Assembly: GCF_001194135.2 (NCBI RefSeq)
Contig: NC_068993.1
Location: forward strand, 50,348,253 to 50,408,923
DNA from: Octopus bimaculoides
Taxonomy: Eukaryota
Reading direction: 5' to 3'
Length of the DNA stretch: 60,671 nucleotides
Shown: one piece after another, positions 51,414 through 60,671 of the stretch
Numbering within the stretch: position 1 is the first letter of the stretch
How the letters are laid out: each line of letters begins with the position of its first letter
Made by a program: the position numbers and the translations under genes
The notes under the pieces: model-generated
Databases searched by the model: none
What the model saw: the letters and a program-made list of their open reading frames with translations, nothing else
Told to the model about the DNA's origin: nothing

Positions 51414-54400
51414 CGTATGCACATACTTAGACACATACATACATATATATTCATAGGTATATACACACATATATAAAATATTTTAAAATTTTACTTTCCA
51501 TATTTTAACATCTTTATTTTTTTGGCATCTTTTCGAAATGAAGCATTTTGATAAAAGCCATTTATTGACTCCTAGAATTGAAAGCCTAACTTTGCCTGTA
51601 TCTTGTTATTACAAGAAATATTATTATTATTACTATTTGGGTTTTGATATTTTCTTAAAAGGAACTCTAAACATCCTTTTTATTTTTTTTTAATAACACA
51701 AAAAAAAAAAAAAAAAAAAAANNNNNNNNNNNNNNNNNNNNNNNNNNNNNNNNNNNNNNNNNNNNNNNNNNNNNNNNNNNNNNNNNNNNNNNNNNNNNNN
51801 NNNNNNNNNNNNNNNNNNNNNNNNNNNNNNNNNNNNNNNNNNNNNNNNNNNNNNNNNNNNNNNNNNNNNNNNNNNNNNNNNNNNNNNNNNNNNNNNNNNN
51901 NNNNNNNNNNNNNNNNNNNNNNNNNNNNNNNNNNNNNNNNNNNNNNNNNNNNNNNNNNNNNNNNNNNNNNNNNNNNNNNNNNNNNNNNNNNNNNNNNCTA
52001 AACATCCTTTTTATTTTTTTTTAATAACACAAAAAAAAAAAAAAAAAACTAGAATTATGAACTGAAACCTGAAAATATGTTTGTTGCTTTTTATAAATTC
52101 TCACTGCACTAGATTTGATTGGTTGTGTGGTTGGCTAGATATTGTTGTGACCTGTATGTGATATTACTGTGACTCATGCCTTATATATAACAAACAAATC
52201 ACTTGAGAGAATTTCATAACTATTTGTTGCTAGAATTTCATGTTTCATTCCATTTTCCTGAGTGGTTGTAAGAAAGAAGGAAAAATATATTAGGGAAAAA
52301 AAAATAGAAGAAAAAAAATAATAAAGTTAATCTGCTAGAGAAATTTTTGTCAGGTTTTTCTCCTTGAAATTGTCACTGCATCAGCGCCATCTTAAAAGGT
52401 CATGATGTTCAGGTATTCTTAAACAGAAAATTTATTTGTTGAAAGATATCTAGAAATGATAGACAGTTAGGATATAGAGTTGTTTAGTTGATATATTTGT
52501 GTATAAATGAAGCTTGCTCAGTTCGCAACAGCTTTTTGTTCATTTCAAATACATTTTAGCATAGCGGCAACAGTATTGATACTGAGCTCTTCCATCATGG
52601 CTCAAACATAACAGAAATTGAACTTGGTTTGCACAGTAAATAAACACACATTAATTATACAGTAATCTTGTCAGTAAAGCTGAGATTTGTTCCAATCCAT
52701 AATTGCCTACATATTCATACTAGTCAATGGTTGCTTACTCCACTAGAAATAGTCATCAAATCTGTCCACCATCACGTCCTACCATTTTGATAAAGGACAG
52801 ACATATTGTAGAATGTGATCCTAGATATCATACGTTAGAAAGTGACACTTAGGCAGGTCTGTTGGATCAGAGCTTGTCTCAGGCTAGAAAATGGTATCAC
52901 TTTCTCAAATAGATAAGTCAGATTAGGGTAAGCTAGTTGTCTTGGCTGTGCCATTGATAGGATATCAGCCATTTACCAGAAAATCAGAGTCAAATGTTCT
53001 TCTCACTCAATCACCCATGATTTGAATAAGTAATTTTAAAAAATTAGAAAAGATTGTATGATGGAAAATTACGATTATGTAACTATATTATATATTTATA
53101 TACGATAGTACACTTTTTACTTTTTGTGAGATAAAGAATAAGTTTTGGAGGAGTAAGTAATTGTTAATACAGTGATGTGTTCTTCAAAGCATTCAGCTGT
53201 AAAGTTTCAGTGGAACTTGTTTTATTTTGCTTTCAGTCAGGCAACCTAAAATGAGCAGTACTGTGTGTTTTAGTAAGGACTGAACTCCTGTCTACATAGT
53301 ACAGTTACCAACTAATACAACAACACTATTATCTTGAACTAACTCTATAAATAAAATGGTATTGTTTGTTTATACCATTTAACAAGTGTCATAGTGTAGA
53401 AGACGGTGCAAGTGTCATTACTTAGCAAAAGGTTGATTCCTCAGTTAAAAGAGATAATGTTTCTCAAAAAAAGGTGTGAACATTACAACTACCTGAGAAT
53501 GTTTCCCTGAAGTTAACATGGCTGGACTAATTATCATCCTGACCAAGTGGTTGGAATGTGGCAGCTATGCCTGCTTAAAGGTTTTGCATTTAAATTTGCT
53601 AAAGGTGTTTCCTTGTATTTTGAGAACAGAACATTGTGTTCTACATTGCCTCAGTTTAGCCGTTGATAAATAAATATGAAACCATTTGGGAATGTTGTCT
53701 ACAGTAGAGGAGTGTCCTGTCATCCATTTCCTCATAAAGTTTTGGCCCTGAAGTTTCCCTCAAAGAAGTCTTTACATTTATTGTATGGCTTTATTTTTTG
53801 TTTTTTTTATTCTAACTCTGACGAGAAACAAGGGAATGGTGGATTCACTTGCCACCATAGTCGTGGAAGAGGAGAGCAAGCATGTCAATACTAAATATTT
53901 ATCCTGGCTATATTACCCATTACATACTCATAATAATCATTTTGTGTATGAATACCAACATCAATTGTAGTTGTTTAAAATTGAAATTTAAATAAAATAA
54001 CACACAAAAGCAAGAATAGCAAAATCTTAGGAAAAAATTGAAATTGATTTTTTTTCTTTCTTCATTTAAAAATTTTTTTTGTTTTCAGTTACTTTGTTTT
54101 AATCATCTGTAAAAAGAAGAGGAAAAAACATTAATTAAAAAGTTTATTTTATTTTTCTGTTGTCATCAATTATCTAGTCTTGTTGAAAATAATCAAATTT
54201 ATTCCACGATAGATGCCTTGCTTGTTTCTCACTTTCTCTCTCTCTCTCTCTCCATTCTTCCCCCCACCCCCTTCTCTGTTTTTTTCCCTACCTCCCTTTC
54301 TTTCTCTATTGTCTTTAAAATTTTGGTTACAACCAACAGGTTTTAGAGTGAAGGAGAAAACTGTAGAAAGAAGTTTGGCTGCAAATGAATTTGTAAACAT

Positions 54401-54978
54401 GCATTTTAAAATGGGAGACGAGTGAACATTCAAGTTTGTGTTAATGACATCAGCACTTGCTATTGAATTACAAGCCAGCTGCACATGTGGTGCACAATTA
54501 GTAGTTCCAGATCAGAGAGACTCAAAGAATGCTTTGAGATGGTGAAAAATTGCAGCTGCGGATGTGGCTGATATGTCAGATCTCTCACACTAGTGCACTC
54601 TATGCACATTTTTCCTCGTTGAAATGCTGTTTAAAAATGCTGTCCATTGTTTTGCTAGTTTTAAAATAAAATGTTGTGCACATGCAACATGCCCTTTCTT
54701 TTATTTGCCACTACTTTCCAATTATCAACTACCTGCCTCAACCGTTCACCCCCCACCCCCCACTAATCCATCTCCGACGTTTGTTTGTTTTGCATTTACC
54801 GAACAATATGCCCTGTGTGCATTTGTGATTGTGTCATGCGTCACCTCTGGAAAGAAAAGGAAAAAAAAAAAGAAAAGCACAGAATAAGAAAATGCACTTT
54901 AATTTCATGCATACACTCTTTCTCTCTATCTCTCTCTCTCATGCACATCACACACACACACACACATATATATGTATA

Positions 54979-55033
54979 TGCATGTAAACATGCACTTGCA
55001 TGTAAACATGCACTTGCATGTGCTCATGCATGT
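54979..55033 (+). repeat. 18-bp tandem repeat, 2 exact units plus 1 diverged
   Basis: gcatgtaaacatgcactt x2, then gcatgtgctcatgcatgt. Confidence 0.85.
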
Positions 55034-55096
55034 GAAGTCTGTTGCATCCCTCTCTCTGAAAGACCTTCATACATGTTTCACTCTTACTCTCAACAT

Positions 55097-55142
<46 letters not shown>

Positions 55143-56018
55143 TTACGCACCTATATTAAGGCCGCTATACGGAATGCTTTTGATCATAAGTTTACTCAAT
55201 TGCAGCCAACCTCAGGTTAGGTGACAAACACAAATAGTCTAAACACATACTGTAAATATATATATACACACATAAATCTACTATAAAGTTCCCAACTTTC
55301 TTTGTTTATACTTGGTCCTAATTTCAGTTTTATAGCCTCCTTTTTTTTTTTTCTCTCAGATACTTGTTTTTTTAATTATGTCACTTCCCCCCCCCCCGTC
55401 CAACAGCCTCTCCCCAGCAGGAAAATGTATTATTTACCATATTTTTCATCACCAAGCCTTGGAAGAAGGGAAAGTCATTTTATTTAGCTATTTAATTAAC
55501 TTGACGGGGTTAAGTTTCTTTGTTTATTCTTATCTTTAAAGGGCCAGATGGCTTAAAGTATTGCATGGTGACAGTAATGGGCTACTATCACTGATTTAAA
55601 ATGAGAGTGAGAGGGAGCTCTATGTTGTTGCTAGAAATAGTAGCCAAATCTTCCACTACTCATTCTTGTATTTTTAAAAAAACACAACGCTAAAGGACAC
55701 ATAAGATAATATAGCCTTAGATACACTATATCTAGAAATAAGATATGATGAACATGGTTTGATCCCATTCGTTTGCTGGTCTGCTTGATTCAGGATTGAC
55801 CTGTTGTCAATTGACCAGCAACTACAGCAATGATATAGAATTATATTCTAGAGAGGTCTATAGATTTAAACTTTGACCCACATGATTTCATTTCAGCAGA
55901 AAGCAGTTAAGAGATATGTTTATTTGAAATTACACTCGTTCCTCTGGAGCATATAGAGGACTATTTTTAAAATTTAGAATGGTTTGCTTATTAACATCAT
56001 TTGAAAATGCATCAGCAT

Positions 56019-56194
56019 CACTAGCATAGCTAGAGGCGGGTGAGCAGAGGGGGCAATCAGCCCTAGGTTTTACTTTTATGGGGGGCAGCACCACTCTTGA
56101 GTCTGCTGTAGGTAATATATATTTTTTGCGGGGGGCCTGGGAGTGGTAAGATGAAGGGCTGCCCCAGGCAGCACACACTCTAGTTATGCTAGTG
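56019..56194. mobile_element. Short MITE-like element with 17-bp terminal inverted repeats
   Basis: cactagcatagctagag (56019-56035) versus ctctagttatgctagtg (56178-56194), 16/17 complementary. AT flanks both ends, the interior is GC-richer, and no coding homology is recognisable. Confidence 0.65.
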
Positions 56195-56626
56195 ATCACC
56201 ATCACATAATCTTGTATCCCCTCATATAACAACATGCTCTCTTCCAAATTTTTCAGTGACTTTTCTCTCAATATTCCATTTGTTATTCTTGAACAAACTA
56301 GAAAGCCATAGATTGGCTGAAACAGGTAGAGCACAGAAGTGAATTAAATACCGCCAGCATTTATTTCTGTACTTTTATTTATTTATTTATTTATTTATTT
56401 GTTTGTTTATTAGTTCCAATCCTATTGGGTTCAACTTTTGCCTTTCATTCATTATCCATTGTTGATTAAATATGTACTCGGTCAGCATGTACAAGTGTTT
56501 GTTCAATTGACTGTATTGTTACCATAGAAATTTGTAGTCTTCTACCATTCTCAGAAATAATTAACAAACTGAGATGGAGAGGGGAAAAAAAAAAAATGCT
56601 AACTGAATTTGAAAACTGCTTCTAAA

Positions 56627-56667
56627 TCTGTTTCTTACTTTTCTTTTCTTTTCTTTTTTAGGTAAGT
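56627..56667 (+). other. Candidate recursive splice site (polyY-TAG|GTAAGT)
   Basis: A pyrimidine tract of about 32 nt, then TAG (56659-56661) directly followed by GTAAGT (56662-56667). No AG in the preceding 78 nt; CTAAC at 56599. Confidence 0.45.
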
Positions 56668-57080
56668 ATCCATTTGGGAAAATTCTACAACATTCAAAAA
56701 CACAAAAAAAAGTTTAAAAAACTACATAACCCTGTTGTCACGCAAGTATAATCTTCTTTTGAATGAGTTTCCAGGATTCTGTGATGTATAGACACACATG
56801 GCATACATTAGCACAAACAAAATGTATACATACAGGGACTCCATGTCTATCTATCTATCTATCTATCTATCAGTGTGTTTGTATTCATATATGCATGTAT
56901 ATACATATGTATGTGTGTGTGTCTCTGTTGTTGAGTAACGCTCCAGTGAAGAGTACTCGGTACAAACATGAAGCGCAATAGTTTCCATTGGCTGGTCCTG
57001 TGGCCTCTTACTCTGCAGTTTCCGTGACATATTGCTATTTTTCAGGCAAGTCAAATAGGCCAGAAGACCTTCCTAAATAG

Positions 57081-57149
<69 letters not shown>

Positions 57150-57395
57150 AATACACACACACACATATATATAAACACATAGATATATATATACACACAC
57201 ACACAAACATATATATGTGAGTGAGACAGACAGACAGACACATGAACACACAACTCAAAATGTTAAATTATTTCTCAAACTGGTGAAATAAAGTTTAGCT
57301 TTGTAATTTGATCAGTTATGTCATAGACTATCCATCAATGGATGAATAACACACTTTAAGATAGAGGCAAATATTTACAGCCATTGTTATTAATA

Positions 57396-57650
57396 CAGAG
57401 AGATGGCAGAATTGTTAGGGGTATCAGAAAAAAATGCTTTACAATATTTGCTTTGGGTCTTTACATTTCAAGTTCAAATCTTGCTGTGGTCAATGCTGCT
57501 TTCATTTTTTGTGTCGATAAAATAAAGTACTAGCCAAATATACTGGGATCATTGATACTGACTAAATGCCTTCCTTCAAAATTGCTGGCTTTGTGTCAAA
57601 ATTAGAAAGATTATTATTATTGTTATTATTATTATTATTAATATTATTAT
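57396..57650 (+). mobile_element. Family E SINE, older copy immediately upstream of another
   Basis: gatggcagaattgttag...agttcaaatc...gtcgataaaataaagtac...(att)n. Confidence 0.65.
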
Positions 57651-57652
57651 CA

Positions 57653-57893
57653 AGGCGGTGAGCTGGCAAAATTGTTAGAACACTGGACGAGATGCTTAGC
57701 GGTATTTCATCCATCGCTACATTTGTAATTCAAACTCCACCGAGGTCGACTTTGCCTTTCATCTTTTCAGGGTCGATAAATTAAGTACCAGTGAAACACT
57801 GGGATTGATGTAATTGACTCATGCCCTCCCCCCAAATTGCTGCCTTTGTGGCAAAATTTGAGACCATCATCATCATCATCATTATTATTATTA

Positions 57894-57925
<32 letters not shown>
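57653..57925 (+). mobile_element. tRNA-derived SINE (family E) with (ATC)/(ATT)n tail
   Basis: ggcggtgagctggc (A box), ttcaaactcc (B box), central gaggtcgactttgcctttcatc...gggtcgataaattaagtaccag, and a simple-repeat tail. Confidence 0.8.
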
Positions 57926-58700
57926 GATTAATTTTATAGCTGAGCATTTTTCGGAATGTTTTGAAATAATGTACCAAGCATTCTTTGTTTGTTTGAAAAG
58001 AGAGACTATATAATATATATCTTGTTTTCAAGCTTCATCTCTGGATATAAATTTCAACGAAGACTTAATAGGCATATGTAGTGTTTTATTTCACTCCCAT
58101 CTGACATAACAGCTGAGAAAGTATAACAAAAAAAAATATCTAAAAAAAAAATATCATCTAAAAAAAAAAAACATTATTTGATATCACATTTTAAAATACA
58201 TTATTGTTTAGTCTCTGTTTTCTTAAATATACCGATATCTTTCCGCTGATTTTGATATCCTGGTGTCTGTATGCTTGCTGTTGTTGTTATTGTTGTTGTT
58301 GTTCCATGTGTCTCTGATGTTTTTAATGTATTGATATTATATTTTCCTTTCAAAAGCTATCTGTCTACATAAATATTACACTGTTACTGTGATAGTGTGC
58401 TTTCTTGTCTGTTAACTAACCAGTTGATTTCCAGGATTAGAGTCTCTCTGTGTGTGTGTGTGTGTGTGTGTGCGTGTGCGTGTATGTCTTCTGGATGTTC
58501 TTTCACTTAAGAAGTATTAATCGCATATTAACCTCATTACTTGAGGGGGTTTTTTTCTTTCCCGATTATTATTATTTTTTTCTTCAAAACTGAGCTAGAT
58601 TTTAATCAATATATTATCAGAAGAACTAGTGAGTTATATGGAGTAGAAGTAAGCTCTTGGAAATCAGAATATCTAAGCCACTTTGGTTTCCTACTTGCAG

Positions 58701-58820
58701 TCAGCTCAATTTCTGCCTAGAACATTCCAAAGAAAAGCATGATCTTCACACAGTCTTTTCCCCTCTTTTTATGTGATGGCTTCTGTATTAAATAGACAAT
58801 CTTAACATACTTCTTCTTCG
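58701..58820 (+). other. Candidate 120-nt non-coding exon
   Basis: ctttggtttcctacttgCAG acceptor and CG|GTGAGT donor. Stops occur in all three frames. Confidence 0.25.
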
Positions 58821-59727
58821 GTGAGTGTCATAGCATAGGAGGTAAGATCCTGTAGTGTGTTGGTCAGTTTTGTTACCTGCTTATTCTAAATTTCCCTGCA
58901 ATTGTTATTGCTCTCAGATATAAACATCCCCAATCCCTGCACCCCACCGCACCCCAAGGAAGTTATTGTTAGGTATGTCAACTAGTTTTCTTAAAACTTC
59001 AACACTCTAAAGAAAGGCACAAACATTATACAATCTAACATTATACTGTATAATTTTTAAATTTTAGTATTACATCGATGTAAGAAAGTTATACAGTTAT
59101 TGGTTGATCTTCAGATGCTGCATTTTTGATATTATATGTGTGGTGTGGTGTAGTGTAGTGTGGTGGTAGTATTTCCTGACAGCCTGATGAATGAATAAAG
59201 CAATTAAGCATTGTTTATCCTAAATGAAGAGGTCCCCCCCCCCCCGGCAAACATGAAACTTGAGTCACTGCCAAGATTCTACTAAAGCAACATGAATGCA
59301 TGCAATGCAGTGTAAGCATTAATATATACAGGGATTTATTGAGGAACTGTACCATTTCATAATATGTTATAGTTCTATGTTGGATACCGGGTGAAGTGCT
59401 TTTGCTAATATCTTCTCGTGACTAACCATATATAGTGGGATATCCAACTTGTTATTCATCAATATACAGACAAGAAACATATAAGAGACACATCTTTCTG
59501 TATATATATATATTATATTATACTCATTTATTGTACTTTTAATTATTAATTTTTCTATATGTGATAGTGGATTTTCATCGATGAGTTCATGAAACTTGGT
59601 TCTTTTCCCTAAAACTGTATTTATATATATTTTAATCTGTAAAGCTCAATTTAATTTTAATTTTTTATAAATTGATTTTAATTGAGTTTTTACCTGTAAT
59701 TTTGGATTTTGTCCCTAATATTATTAT

Positions 59728-59787
<60 letters not shown>

Positions 59788-60209
59788 TTATATTTATATT
59801 TATCTACATAACCCTGAACTACCATGATTCAGTTAGGGAGTGTACCTAGACAAGGCATATAACTCTTCTTGTCTCAGTTAATCTTGCAAGGGAACCTGTA
59901 CATGTGTCATTCACCCTGTTACTAATAGTAGCCAAATCTTCCTCAAATCACATTCTTCTGATTTAAATTTTAACAAATAAAAGAGACACTTTAGATAATT
60001 TATTCTTGATACATAATATAAGAAATGAAAATATACAAAGCTAAATGGTCATAGCTGAAACTTGTTTGATAAGTCAGCTTGATCCATGATGACCTAAGAC
60101 TAATCAACAACAACTTGACTCTGTCTGCTTCTCTCTTTCTGTCTCTCTCACTCTCTTTCTCTCTCCTTTCTGGCTGACTGCCAACAGTTACCAACTGTAC
60201 TTTACTGTT

Positions 60210-60343
60210 AGTGATTGGATGGATATCCAGCTGCAAAAACACTTACTCTCTTAATATGTGTATTTGTGAAACCAAACTGTCCAATCTATGTTAGGATGGA
60301 AAGCGGACATTAAAAGATGATGATGGTGATGAGGATGATGATA
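60210..60343 (+). mobile_element. Family B repeat, highly diverged
   Basis: atccagctg...aactgtccaa...atggaaagcggacattaaaagatgatgatg. Confidence 0.55.
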
Positions 60344-60448
60344 AATTTAGTAGTCTACCTTACACTAGCATGGGGGAAAAAACTGGATGTAAAACTGCAA
60401 ATCCTTCAAAGAAAACCTTGCATCCACTTACACACTGTATATTTGTAT

Positions 60449-60484
<36 letters not shown>

Positions 60485-60486
60485 TA

Positions 60487-60548
<62 letters not shown>

Positions 60549-60630
60549 TATGTATATGTGTATGTATATATGTATGTATATATGTATGTATGTATGTGTA
60601 TATATATATGTATGTATATATGTATGTATG

Positions 60631-60671
<41 letters not shown>

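Noticed and set aside
54341-54422. + strand exon candidate (GFRVKEKTVERSLAANEFVNMHFKMGD)
   Set aside because: The acceptor relies on a microsatellite-derived pyrimidine tract, the donor GTGAAC is weak and no homolog is recognised.
55930-56334. 134-aa minus-strand ORF as a single gene
   Set aside because: Its middle is a MITE and no domain is recognisable; chance openness is likely.

Overview
This is about 60.7 kb of AT-rich eukaryotic genomic DNA from a draft short-read assembly, with 10 N gaps totalling 3,800 bp. It is dense in (TA)n, (CA)n, (CT)n, (GATA)n and triplet microsatellites. At least five families of short interspersed repeats resemble, from memory, Octopus SINEs, so the source is most likely an octopus (not database-checked). 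I could not identify any complete protein-coding gene, rRNA, tRNA, CRISPR array or prokaryotic feature, and nearly all ORF-track entries are microsatellite or N artefacts. Two protein-derived remnants are recognisable: a stop-free 113-codon Penelope-like (PLE) reverse transcriptase fragment containing YVDD (11110-11448, minus strand) and the C-terminal tip of a mariner transposase inside a MITE (29432-29646). The most interesting non-TE signal is a series of + strand splice-signal structures. These are a textbook zero-length polypyrimidine-TAG|GTAAGT junction at 56661/56662, weaker AG|GT junctions at 4464 and 22897, and UGC-preceded microexon-like cassettes at 6755-6768 and 26319-26327. Together they suggest the window lies inside one or more giant + strand introns that may use recursive splicing and neural-type microexons. 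This is a hypothesis from motifs alone; minus-strand look-alikes also exist. Inverted repeats that could be ADAR substrates are also present.
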